In this document: positions 26,483 to 41,060 of the stretch, in pieces
Layout: each line of letters begins with the position of its first letter
How positions within the stretch are numbered: position 1 is the stretch's first letter
Source: the human T2T-CHM13v2.0 reference genome, Homo sapiens
NCBI RefSeq assembly: GCF_009914755.1
Contig: NC_060925.1
Direction: 5' to 3' (one strand)
Length of the DNA stretch: 64,000 bases
Made by a program: the position numbers and the translations under genes
The notes under the pieces: generated by a model
The model's input: the letters and a program-made list of their open reading frames with translations, nothing else
Database searches by the model: none
What the model was told of the DNA's origin: nothing

Positions 26483-28766
26483 TGTATTAGTTTGTTTTAA
26501 TGCTGCTGATAAAGACATACCCAAGACTGGGCAATTTACAAAGGAAAGAGATTTGATTGGAATTACAGTTCCATGTGGTTGGGGAAGCCTCATAATCATG
26601 GCGGAAGGCAAGGAGGAGCAAGTCACATCTTAAGTGGAGGACAGCAGGAAAAAGACAGTTTGTACAGGAAAACTCCCCTTTATAATAACCATCAGATATC
26701 ATGAGACTCTCTCACTATCACAAGAACAGCGTGGGAAAGACCTGTCTCCATGATTCAATCACCTTCCACTGGGTCCCTCCCCTAACACGTCAAAATTCAA
26801 GATGAGATCTGGGTGGGGACACTGGCAAACCATATCATTCTGCCCCGGGCCCCTCCGAAATCTCATGTCCTCACATTTCAAAACCAATCACGCCTTGTCA
26901 AGAGGCCTGCAAAGTCTTAACTCATTTCGGCATTAACTCAAAAGTCCACAGTTGAAAGTCTCATCCAAGATAAGGCAATTCTCTTCCACCTATCAGCCTG
27001 TAAAATCCAAAGCAAGTTAGTTACTTCCTAGATACAACAGGGATACAGGTATCGGCGAAATACAGCCATCTTAAATGGGAGAAATTGGCCAAAACAAAGG
27101 GGCTACAGGCCCCTTGCGAGTCCAAAATCCAGCAGGGCAGTCAAATCTTGAAGCTCCAAAATGACCTCCTTTGACTCCATGTCTCACATCCAGGTCACAC
27201 TGATGCAAGAGATGGGTTCCCAAGGTCTTGGGTATCTATGTCCCTGTGGCTTTGCAGGGTATAGCCCCACTCCTGGCTGCTTTCATGGGCTGGCATTGAG
27301 TGTCTGCAGCTTTTCCAGGCACACAGTGCAGCCTGTTGGTGGATCTAACATTCTGGGGTCTGGAGGATGACAGCCTTCTTCTCGCAGATCCACTAAGCAG
27401 TGCCCCAGTAGAGACACTGTGTGGGGGCACTTGACCCCAAATTTCCCTTCTGCACTGCCCTAGCAGAGGTTTTCCATGAGAGCCCACCTCTGCAGCAAAC
27501 TTTTGCTTGGGCATCCAGGCGTTTCTATACATCCTCTGAAATTTAGATAGAGGTTCCAAAACCTCAATTCTTGACTTCTGTGTACCTGCAGGCTAAATAC
27601 CACGTAGAAGCTGCCAAGGCTACAGGTTTCCACCCTCTGAAGCAACAGCCCGTGGTATACCTTGGCCCCTTTTAGTCACAACTGGAGTGGCTGGGAGAGA
27701 GGCACCAAGTCCCTAGACTTGCACACAGCATGGGGACCCTGGGCCTGGCCCACTAAACCATTTTCTCCTAGGTCTCCAGGACTGTGATGAGAGGGGCTAC
27801 TGTGAAGACCTCTGACATGCCCTGGAGACATTTTCCCCATTGTCTTGGGATTAACATTCAGCTCCTCCTTACTTACGAAAATTTCTGCAGCCTGCTTGAA
27901 TGTCTTCTCAAAACAAATGGGTTTTTCTTTTCTATCACATTTTCAGACTGCAAATTTTCTGAATTTTTATGCTCTGCTTCCTTTTATAAAAGTGAATGCC
28001 TTTAACAGCACCCAAGTCACCTCTTGATTGCTTTGCTGCTTAGAAATTTCTTCCACTATATACCCTAAATCATCTCTCTCAAGTTCAAAGTTCCACAAAT
28101 CTCTAGGGCCAGGGCAAAATGTCATCAGTATCCTTGCTAAAACATAATCAGAGTCACCATTGCTCCAGTTCCCAACAAGTTCCTCATCTCCATCTGAGAC
28201 CACCTCAGCCTGGGCATTATTGTCTATATCACTATCAGGATTTTGGTCAAAGTCATTCAACAAGTCTCTAGGAAGTTCCAAACTTTTGCACATTTGTCTC
28301 TCTTCTTCTGAGCCCTCCAGACTCTTTCAATCTCTTCCTGTTACCCAGTTCCAAAGAGCTTCCACATTTTCGGGTATCTTTTCAGCAGCTTCCCATTCCT
28401 GGTACCAATTTACTGTATTAATCCGTTTTTATCCTGCTCATAAAGACATACCTGAGGCTGGACAATTTACAAAGAAAGGAGATTTAATTGGACTTATAGT
28501 TCCTTGTGGCTGGAGAAGCCTCACAATCATGGCAGAAGGCAAGGTGGAGCAAGTCACATCTTATATGGATGGCAGCAGGCAAAAGAGAGCTTGTGCAGGG
28601 AAACTCTCCCTTATACAAACCATCAGATCTTGTGAGACTCACTCACTATCACGAAACAGCACAGGAAAGACCTGCCCCATGATTCAATCATCCCTCACTG
28701 GGTCCCTCCCACAACACATGGGAATTCAAGATGAGGTTTGTGTGGGGACACAGCCAACCCATATCA
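26483..28766 (-). mobile_element. Complete THE1A/B MaLR element: LTR 26483-26837, internal 26838-28413, LTR 28414-28766
   Basis: Two similar ~355-bp LTRs (TGTATTA...CCATATCA) flanking ~1.58 kb THE1-int; 5-bp TSD GGATC/AGATC. Confidence 0.95.
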
Positions 28767-29707
28767 AGATCCGCAGAAAGTAATGACCTTAGTACTTGAA
28801 GACTTAGGACTTTTAGGGTAAGTCTGCATTTCTATAGTGCGTGCATATTTCTGATTCATTGGAAAATAATTATAGAATAATATTGTCCTATTCAATTATG
28901 CCATATTAATGAATTATAAGAATTAAAGAAAAACAATGCAAACCCCTTTAGGAAACAGCATCCACACTGTTCATTCATGTGAACTGTGAGGGAGAGACAT
29001 GAAGCAAGATCATTTGCCTAAAGCCACAGAGCTGCCTAGCTTTTTGGTCAGTCTTCTGAGTTACTCTGGAATCTTCCATCTCTTGGAAAGACTAGGTTTT
29101 CATTATTAAAGAACAGAAGGCCTGCTTCATAGTTTGCCCCAGTGTGCCACTTTAAAAAAAAAAAGTGATATTGAACATTAAAAACAGAAGCTTGTAAAGG
29201 GCCAGAGGAACAAACAGTATCCTTGTGCCAAGATACAAAATCCAAGTGCAAAATTGAACTCCTTCTATTATCAATTCTCAGGCACCCTCAAGCTAACCCT
29301 TTGAGATCTGCCTTCTGTTTCAGTGACTTTTTACATTCAATTTAGGAAGTTGGACTATCAAACAAATATCATGGCAAAAAACAAAAGCTACTCATGGCAT
29401 GTTCCTGGAACCCTCTATACAGAGAAACTGGACTGGATAGACATTCTTGAACTTTTTATATTTCAAGTTTTTTCTATTTTGGTAAAATAATGTGGTAGAA
29501 ACTCCTCTTGTATAACATTAGCAGTTTATTATTTTAATAAGTGTCTCATCATCTTTCATTTAACTATATTCTATATTTGGGTAAGAAATATAACATTTAA
29601 GAAAAAAGTAATTTTTTTTTTTTTAGTTTCAAAGATCATGCCTGCATAATTGCTTTCTCCTGATGATGTAACCAAATTATTAATTTTAAGAAAATGTTTC
29701 AAATCCC

Positions 29708-30021
29708 AGCTAGGGGTGGTGGCTCATGCCTGTAATCCTAGCACTTTGGGAGGCTGAGATGGACAGATCCCTTGTGCCCAGCAGTTTGAGACCAGCCTGC
29801 TCAACGTGATGAAACCCCGTCTCTACAAAAAATACAAAAAATAGCTGTGTGTGGTGGTGTATGCCTGTAGTCCCAGTTACTTGGGAAGCTGAGGTAGGAG
29901 AATCACCAGATTCTCAACCCAGGAGGTTGAGGCTGCATTGAGTCGAAATTGCACCACTGCACTCCAGGCTGGGTGACAGAATGAGACCCTGTCTCAATAA
30001 CAACAGCAACAACAATAATAA
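29708..30021 (+). mobile_element. AluJ with (CAA/TAA)n tail
   Basis: GATCCCTTGTGCCCAGCAGTTTGAGACCAGCC...GGAGGTTGAGGCTGCA...GAGACCCTGTCTC. Confidence 0.9.
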
Positions 30022-30283
30022 TTCGAACCCCATATCTCATCCTAAACTGACTTTGAATGTTGATCTTAGAATAGGAAGACCACTACTGTTTTCTATATGA
30101 GTGTATTTTTTTTACCAACTTCATGCTAATCCTCTGGGTAATCTACATTATCAAATAATCATTAAGCTGTAACTATGCAAATACAGTCTAAGATGGTTGT
30201 CAGAAAGACTAAAATTGGGAGAGAGGCAGGAGTTCAAAGGATGTAAGTATGAACTGCTAGACATTTTATCATGATACATATAG

Positions 30284-30528
30284 CAGTGATGCACTGGAAC
30301 TGGTTTATACTACTTCATGAGAGCCATTTGGTAAATTGCCAGAACTTTTGTGATCTGGCTGACACAATGTTAGTAGATAGAAGTTGGCCATAGTGGAACT
30401 ATTTACACCATAGAAGCTAGCAAGTGCTATAAAAATCCTTCCACCCCATAAGAAAATCCACCCCATATAAAAATCCAACCATCACCCCATAAGAAAGCAG
30501 GTTGTTAAAATTTAAGACCACACCACTG
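30284..30528 (+). mobile_element. MER63A-like hAT MITE, with an internal CCACCCCATAAGAAA triplication (~30441-30496)
   Basis: TIRs CAGTGATGCACTGG ... CACACCACTG; internal GGCCATAGTGGAACTATTTACACCA. Confidence 0.75.
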
Positions 30529-30565
30529 TATATAAGGCCGCTATTGGTATCTGCATTTTGTAGTA

Positions 30566-30892
30566 CAGTAGTTCCTGTCCACAGTTTTGCTTCCATGGTT
30601 TTAGCTAACAATGATCAACCATGGTCCAAAAAATAGGTGAGTACAGTATAATATATTTTGAAAGAAAGAGATGACATTGGCATAATTTTATTATAGTATA
30701 TTGTTAAAGTTGTTCATTTCATTATTACTGTTGTTAATCTGTTACTGTGCCTAATTCATAAGTTAAGCTTTGTCATAAGTATGTATGTATAAGAAAAATA
30801 ACATGGCATATATAGAATTGGGTGCTATCTTTGATTTTAGGCATCCATTGGGGGTCTTGGAACATACATCCCATGGATAAGGCGGGACTACA
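30566..30892. mobile_element. MER44A-like TcMar-Tigger MITE
   Basis: (TA)CAGTAG...GTTTTGCTTCCATGGTTT...AGGCATCCATTGGGGGTCTTGGAACAT...GGATAAGGCGGGACTAC. Confidence 0.8.
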
Positions 30893-31280
30893 AACATAAT
30901 ATTTGTCAGGAGCACATGTCTCTTCAACTAAAACTATTAAGGTTATGTACAATGAGATAATTTCAGCACTTTTTAGCCATACTATATAATCAATACTTTT
31001 CTTAATTGTTAAAATTTCTTTTGACTAAATTGAGAAAAATAAAATATGGAAGTCTTATTTTTTGTCAAAATATTAACATATAATTCATTTTAAGTACCCT
31101 AAATTGTTCTAAAAACTAATATGTAAGATGTTATTGGCTATGAACATATCAATTGTCTTATTCAGTATGTCCCTAGGTAGTTCTCATTTTCAAGTTTAAG
31201 CACTTATTTGCTAATGATAATCATACATTTAATACTTTTGGGAACATCCTTTACTTTCATAATCTTTTCTTATATATCTA

Positions 31281-31460
31281 ATGTGTGCCAAGTATTATAC
31301 TAGACCAATCACATTCCTACCTAAATTAATTCTCACAACCATTGATGTCCTTTTGTTCATTTTAGAAATAGAGAAAATTGGGATACTATGAGATTAAGAG
31401 CTCCTGATTTCATACAGCTAGTAAATTGTATGAGAGAGAATCTTATTTCAGATTTCCAAA
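31281..31460 (-). mobile_element. MIR
   Basis: GTGCCAAG...AATTCTCACAAC...CATTTTAGAAATAGAGAAAATTG...CAGCTAGTAAAT. Confidence 0.6.
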
Positions 31461-31821
31461 TTTTTGTTTCTAGTGAAGAGCTATATATATGTATCCAAAT
31501 AGCAATTTATTTTTCTTTATAATAAAGAACACTCAAACACTTTTCATTATTATTTACATCGTATGTTCCATAGCCACAAACCAACCCTGATTCATAAACA
31601 CATGTTACATTACTTTTCATACCTGCTTAGTATATATCTAATATTCCATTGCTAGAAGGGGGGTGAAGGACATGTTTCTGCATTTAAACATTATTATAAT
31701 TTTTCTTAGCAAGGAAGAACATGTGCCTATTTCTTCGATGTGAAAACATAATTTACACATTTAGCTTTGGTAATGTGAAACAATTAAATTTTACTAAAAT
31801 ATTCTCAGTTTACATATTTAC

Positions 31822-31883
31822 CCGTCTTGGATATTTGTAAAAATATAATACAAATCATGAAATGTAAACTTTGTGAACCTCCG
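31822..31883 (-). pseudogene. Candidate exon 5 (62 nt): RRFTKFTFHDLYYIFTNIQD(G)
   Basis: Acceptor ctttattttcaag|CGG, donor CGG|gtaaat; phase 0-2 fits exon 6; CpGs retained in a CpG-poor region. Confidence 0.55.
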
Positions 31884-32436
31884 CTTGAAAATAAAGTCGT
31901 AGACTATATTATTTAAATACAGTTGAACTATTTTTTACTTTAATAGAATCAATATGTGCTAAGCGCCACACAGGATTGGAACATTTTGTTGGACACAGAA
32001 ACAGAAAAATAAACAAGACAGACTTTGTTCTGTCAACAATGTCATGGTCTTCTTAAAGAACTGATATGAAGATATTTAATCCTAATAAGCCATAAGGACA
32101 ATGTCTTCACTCAAAGGATAGAACTCTTTGACTTTAAAATTCCAAGATCATATTCTAATTTTTCAGAATATCTACAGGTGCCTTTTCATCCTTTCTCACC
32201 AACTTTGTTGATTATCCCCTATATGCAGTCTATATTTCATTGTCTAAAATCTGATTGATTCTCTCTCAATGTTACCTGTTTGCATTTTTTTGTGGTGCCT
32301 GATATTATTTGTACTTTATAGCACAATGATTGTCTCAACTGCTCCTCCGTTCCTTGCAAACATATGAAATCATTAGACTCCTGAAATCTGAACTGGCATG
32401 TAGCATCTAGATAAACTTGTTCAATATGTAAACATA

Positions 32437-33337
32437 CTTCTTTTCATCCCTCACTTCCCACTACCTTTCCCAACCTCTGGCAACCACCATTCTACTCTCC
32501 ACCTCCATAAGATCCACAGTTTTAATTCCCACATATCAGTAAGAACATACAATATTTGATTTTATGAGCCTGGTTTATTTTACTTAATATAATGACCACC
32601 AATATCATCCATGTTGCTGCAAATGACATAATTTTATTACATTTTATGGCTGAATAACATTCCACTCTGTATCTATTCTATATTTTCTTTAGTCATTCAT
32701 CCAATGATGGACACAGGTTGATTACTTATTTTGGCTATTGTGAATAGTATTGCAATAAATATGGGGGTGCAGATATCTCTTTGATATACTGATTTCCTTT
32801 CTTTTGTGTACATACCCATCAGCAGGGTTGATGGCTCATCTAGTAGTTCTATTTTTAGTGTTTTAAGGAAACTCTATAATGTTTTGCATCATGGTTGTAC
32901 TACTTTACATTCCCTCCAGCAGGGTATGAAAATTACTCTTTCTCCACATCCTCACCAGCATCTGCTACTTTTAAATATTTTGGGTAATAGCCATTTTAAC
33001 TGGTCCAGAGGATGTCTCATTCTGGTTTTAATTTGCATTTCCCTGATGATTTGTGATACTGAGCATTTGTTAATGAGTACAAAATTACAGTTAGATAGAA
33101 GGAATAAGTTCTAGTATTCTATAATACCACAGGAAGATAATAGTTAACAATAATTTATTGTATATTTCAAAAAAGCTAGAAGAGAAGAATTGGAATTTTC
33201 CTAACACAAAGAAAAGATAAACGTTTCAGGTGATGGATAACTCAATTACCCTGATTTGAGCATTACATATTCTATGCATGTAGCAAAATATTAAATGTAC
33301 CCCAAAGATGTGTACAACTATTATATATTAATAAAAA
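32437..33337. mobile_element. 5'-inverted L1MA: minus segment ~32437-33068, plus segment 33069-33337
   Basis: Antisense L1 3' ORF2/UTR (CAACCACCATTCTACTCTC), then sense 3'UTR TTAATGAGTACAAAATTACAGTTAGATAGAAGGAATAAG...AATAAAAA. Confidence 0.85.
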
Positions 33338-35480
33338 TGTTTTAGAATGTAAGCCAAAACTTTGTGAAGCTGGATATTGCCAAAGATGGAAAATGTATAT
33401 CAATCAGCATGATGGTGAGATTTTCTTAGTAAATAATCAATATCCTTGAGCAGAGAGGGAATTTCATGGAATTTATTTATGTTAGGACATTCCAAACTAT
33501 TATGAAGACCTTTTAAAAAGTTAATAACCATTTTGTACAAGCTTATCATTATAGAAATCAAATTTGGAAGAAGACTATATGCTTATTGGAAATTGGATAA
33601 TCAAGAAACTTTTTGAAATTCATAAGAAGATGTAGCAAAATTAAAAATGTGAACAAGTTGTAGATATAAAAGCAGAAGTTTGATTATTGTATTTTAACAT
33701 GAAATTAAACATTTTTAAAGTCTTAAAATTCCATGTGATAGCAAGATTTATAATGTAGTCTGGTTCTGGATTGAAACACAGTATAGTGAGGAATTGGATA
33801 TGAAGAAGGTATGAAACTTAGTTACTATTAAGACTGTCTATATGGCCAATTAACTTTTCCAATATAGTTGAAGTGTATGGAAATTTGAGAAAAGCTACAA
33901 TCTGGATATGAAAGGCCCAACTAAATTTACTTACACTCAATATCTAACACATTCAAGTTTAAAGTAAAGGTATTGACTTGGAAACGAGTGTTTGGGTTGC
34001 AAAAAGTCAGATGCATGCTTCCACCTTTGGCTATGACAAAGTAGATAAATTCTTCCATTGAGGACAATAATAAGAGAAGGACAAAATGTAAAGTTGAAAA
34101 TAAAAGAGCTATTGAGGCAACTGGGATTTGGGAAACAAAGCTCCCAGAGGAAGATGAACTTAGAGAAGTCAAACATTTATGTTGTTTTTCCTCTTGAAGC
34201 ACTTGCTAATTTGTAAGAAGCAGGTGACAGGCTGAGAAACTCAGCAGTAAATGGTGGTTAAAGACTGAGACACTAAGAAGAACTTTCAGCAGTAATAGAA
34301 CAAATCAGAATCCAGAGATGGCGAAAGAGAAGAGGCTCTAGAAAATAACCAAGCTTTCATTTATATCTCCTAAAGCTATTCTGTTGCAGTAAGTATAAAT
34401 TGGGGATAGATCTGCTCTCAAAAGATTGAACTCAGGTTCAAATCACTCAAATCAACATGGGCAAATTTGCTCATATTCTAACTCTTTGTCAGAGGCAAAG
34501 GTAAATCTATGCTAAAAAAAAATCATTTAGGGCCTTGACAGTTTTTTAATATAACATATTTAACTTTCAATTAAAAATTGCCAAATATACCAGCAAAAAT
34601 AATAAGAAAATAAACTTTAAGTAATGCCATTCACTTCTACATCTGATTAAACTCCAATATATTATGGCAGCTGGATATTTCTATACATAGAAAACTTTCA
34701 AATATTATATTTCATAAGCAATGCCTAGCTTCAGAAGCAACAAACACTAGATGAACTAAAATTTTAGCAAGGAAAAAGCCCTCTAGTAGGGACAATTCTC
34801 AAGAATGTCATTTATCAAGAATGGCATTTATTTTCTTCCAAAGGAGATGGTGGGCAGATTTTGCTGGACCCAGCCAAATTAGACTCAACTGAGGAAAGCA
34901 GAAGCCAGAAGAAAATTAGCAGATCTGTGTACTGTGACTTTGGCCATGACTGATGGAAAACCAGAAGAGTTCCAACTGTAAAATCATTTCTATCCAGAAT
35001 ATGTCTTGGGCAATGCAGGTTGTAGGCAGAAGCGAGAACAAAAGTTAAACGGTGGAGTATAATTTTCTGTGTCTGGAGGTGCTTAGAGACAAAACCCTGC
35101 TGGAAAAATACTGCTACAAACAAAAACACAGTGGATCTCAGATTACTACCCACAATTTACAATCTCATGGACCTAAAAGATAAAGAGCTTAGCTCCAAAC
35201 CTCTGCACAACTGTATTTCAGAGCTGAGGCATTAGGGAACTGCCAGGCTTTCAATCACAATCCCAGAAAAGACAGGGCCAAGGAGTAGAAATAAATCAGA
35301 GGTGGAATTAAACTGCAATTAAGCATTAACTCAGCTTAAGCCCTGAATGAATTGAAATGGTAGGAACTTTGTTATATAGTTTGACACAGGAAAGGGAGAA
35401 CCCTGTCTAGTGCAAGACATGAAGTTTCCATGCTTTTTTATATGTAATGCCAAGCATAAAATTAAAAATTACTAGATAGT

Positions 35481-36972
<1,492 letters not shown>

Positions 36973-37049
36973 TTACTAGATATGAAAAGAGGCAGGAAGT
37001 GTGACAACAAATAGAACAAACTCATCTATGTTTCAGTTATTGAAATCAT

Positions 37050-38130
37050 AAAACTTTTACAAGAAAACCTGAAATAATCAGTACATGACTTGGAGGTAGA
37101 TAAAGATTTCATAGTTCACAGAAAGCAGTAACAAAGAAAAAAAGTGATAAATTAGACTTAACCAGAAATTAAAGTTCTGTTCATTAAAAGAAAACAATAC
37201 TAAGTAAATAAATGAGCAGGGCACAGGCTGGAGAAAATATTTTCAAAACATACATCAGACAAAAGTACAATGCCCGTGACATATAGAGACCTCTTACATC
37301 TGAATAATAAATGAAACAAGCAACCCAATAAAATAGAAAACAGAAGAGACACTTCAAAAACAAAAAATATTAATTGCTAATACGCTCATGGAAAAGTTCT
37401 GAACATCACTAATCATCAACAAAAGGTAAATTGAAACCAATGAGAAAACAGTAAACATCTACCAAAATGTCTAAATTTAAAAGAATTATATTACCAAATT
37501 TTACTGATGATTCTAACAAATTGTTCATGGAACTGTAAAATTGTACAACTAGTTTGGAAAAGAGCTGACAACTTCTTGTTAGAGTTCAGAACAGAAGTCT
37601 CTTGACACTGTATTATAAAATTAAATACCCTAAAACCTGGCACTCTTATTCCTAACTGCAGTTTGCCAAAAATAAATGGAAACATATGTTCCTGAAAAGA
37701 ACAAAATAGAAATATCTATAGCAGCTTTATTGATAATAGGTCCCTGCATGTCCATCAATAGCAGAATGGATCAGCACACTGTCATATATTCATACCAGTG
37801 GAATCATACTCTGCAAATGTAAGAATATACTACTAATCTGCCCAACAACAAGGATGAATCTGAGAAACATTAGGCTGGGTGACAGAAGCATTACACAAAG
37901 TAATATATAATGCATAATTTTTGAATTTCTGGAACAGGAAAAATGTTATGATGAAGAAAAATCATAATAATGTTACTTGTGATGAGGGGATTGATTGGAA
38001 AAGAACATGAAATAATTTTTATGGAATGATGGAAATGTTTTTTGTCATTATAGGTATTTGGGCTACACAGGAATATGCATTGGTCAAAACTCAGCCAACA
38101 TGCATTGAATATATTGGAACTCTATTGTAA
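37050..38130 (+). mobile_element. Old L1M (L1ME/MD) 3' fragment
   Basis: GATAAATTAGACTT, CATCACTAATCATC, GGATGAATCTGAGAAACATT, GGTCAAAACTCA. Confidence 0.65.
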
Positions 38131-38785
38131 ATGATAGCAGATACCAAATTGGTGCGCAAAATTCAAATGATAGAGTCAACACAGCATGGACTATATAATG
38201 CAAATGAAACTTAAGGCCTAGAATTTTTCAAATCAGATCAAATGGAAGAAAGCAAACAGAGGCTTATGAAGTGCAACTAAGAATCTTATATAAAGAAAAA
38301 ATGTTCAGCATGAAAATCTGAGAGGACAAACCAGTGACTTGAAGCCATCACACCAGCCAAATTATCCCTCATATAATTATATTATTAAAACTTGGAAGAT
38401 GAGAATCACTTTCCTGATTAATTTTGAACTCACCAAACAACAATAGATATGACTCATCTTGAATATTTCTATCCCAGATAATGACATTTATCTTTATACT
38501 ATAGATAAATTAATTGGATGATCTAATTTATATATCAATCTTCCGTAAGATGGGTTATTATAAGCCAACTTTTAAAAATGTACTTTAACCTAGGAAACTT
38601 ATAAAAGTAAATTTCTGGATGTGAAAAGATAAAAGAACACTTAACCAGAGTAAATTGATAAAGAAAATTAAGAGAAGATGTTTTTGACTGCTTTAGTTAT
38701 ATACTTTCCATCATTGTCACGGTTTTTAATTTGTTATTAAAAAAAGATGCCATTACCAACTATGAAGCTATAAAAAATAAAATAA

Positions 38786-39094
<309 letters not shown>

Positions 39095-39829
39095 AATAAT
39101 GTATATTTTAAATGTTGTGGAAATTGAAGAGGGAGAAACTAATTCAGGCTGATTATGTGATCAAGGAAACTGCACTGAAAGAATTGAATAAGTTAAAGTT
39201 TGAACTATAAAATTTCTTAATTTATTCAGAGCTTATTGTACACATATCACACAAAACAACTGTTTTTCTAGACATGGCAGCATTGTAACTGGATGAAATG
39301 AGAAAATCTTTCCAGAAATGTTGAAATTTTATATTTATGTGTGTAAGTAGGCACGCATGTATATATGCATGTTTATGCATTTGGCTACATTTTCATTGCA
39401 TAAAAATGAATTAAATTACCTTACACATATTAACAATCTTCCAATCCCCAAGTATTTTCTTAACACACCAAATAACTCTTCGGTCCAACACTGTATGTTA
39501 TTCCCACTGTTGTTATAACCACAATCTAGCACAGTGCTGGGCACATGTAGCTCAGGAAAATATTTGTTTCATGACTTCTTCAGAATCCTTTCACAAACTT
39601 CCCATAGAGCTTTCTGACTGACACTTCTATTTGTGCTTTTGTATCAAAAGCTCATAATAGTGCTTAGGAAAAGTAAATGTTTCAAAATGGCAAGTTACTT
39701 TCAAACTGCGTTTCTTTCATTAAATGCCATCTCTTTGGGATAGAATAAGATGAATATAACAAGACATACACATTTTATCTTTCATAGACATAAACTTTAT
39801 GTTTTATCACTAATTAATTAACTCATTTA

Positions 39830-41060
39830 TTCATTTTCCCCAGCTTTATTAAGGTATACTTGACAAAAATTGTGTATATTTATGGGTTACAATGTGTTGT
39901 TTTTATATATGTATATATTCTGAAATGATTAAATCAAGCTACTTAATATAACCATTACTTCACATACTTATCAATTGTTTTATGGTGAGAAATTTAAGAT
40001 CACCATCACATCTCTTCATAATTTTCAGGTATACATTTGCTACTAACTGTAGTCACCATGCTGTACAAGATCTTCAGAATTTATTCTTCCTAACTGAAAC
40101 TCTGTACCCTTCGATCAACATCTCCCTACCCCAAATGCCCCTAGACCCTTAAAACCACCATTTTATTTTCTGCTTCTATGAGTTCAACTTTTTTAGATTA
40201 TATATATGAGATTATGCAGTATCTGCCTTTCTGTGCCTGACTTATTTCACTTAACATAAGGTCCTCTAGGTTCATTCATGTTTTTGCAAATGAGAGAATT
40301 TCCTTCTTTCTTAAGGCTGAAAAGTGCTCTGTTGTATATACATAATATATTTTCTTTATACATTTATCTGATGACTGGCACTTAGGCTGAGTCCAAATCT
40401 TGTCTATCATAAAGAATGTAGCAATGACACAATAGTGCAGACATCTCTTCAACATACTAATTTTATTTCCTTTAAATGTATGTGATGATACATTTAATGT
40501 GAAGTGAGATTGCTGGGCCACATAGTAGTCCCATTGTTAAGTTTTTGAGGAAAAGCCACTCTGTTCCATAATGACTGGGTTAATCATCAACAGTGTACAA
40601 AAGTTCCCTTTTCCCACCTTCTAGCCAACACTTGTTATCTTTCATCTTTTTGTTAATGACCATTCTAATGGATATGATTATATCTCATTCTGGTTGTAAA
40701 GTGCATTTCCTTGATGATTAGTAATGTTGAACTTTTTTTTTTTTTTTTTTTTTTGAGATGGAGTTTCGCTCTTGTTGCCCAGGCTGAAGTGTAACGGCGC
40801 AATCTCGGCTCACGGTAACCTCTGCCCCCAGGTTTAAGCGATTCTCCTGCCTCAGCCTCCCAAGTAGTTGGGATTACAGGCATGTACCACCACGCCTGGC
40901 CAATTTTTTATTTTTAGTAGAGATGGGGTTTCTCCATGATGGTCAGACTGGTTTCAAACCCCCGGCCTCAGGTGATCCGCCCACCTCAGCCTTCCAAAGT
41001 CTGGGATTACAGATGGGAGCCACTGCGCCCAGCCGTAATGTTGAACATTTTCACATAACT
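39830..41060 (-). mobile_element. L1MA 3' fragment (antisense), interrupted by AluSp
   Basis: CAGCTTTATTAAGGTATACTTGACAAAAATTGTGTATATTT...TAACTGTAGTCACCATGCTGTAC. Confidence 0.85.
40733..41034 (-). mobile_element. AluSp
   Basis: GAGTTTCGCTCTTGTTGCCCAGG and TTTCTCCATGATGGTCAG; perfect TSD GTAATGTTGAAC. Confidence 0.93.

Noticed and set aside
28160-28783. 207-aa ORF
   Set aside because: Antisense read across THE1 internal sequence and LTR; a chance open frame.
33400-35480. Further L2, MIR and L1M 5' fragments
   Set aside because: Probably old repeats, but too diverged to bound or name reliably by eye.
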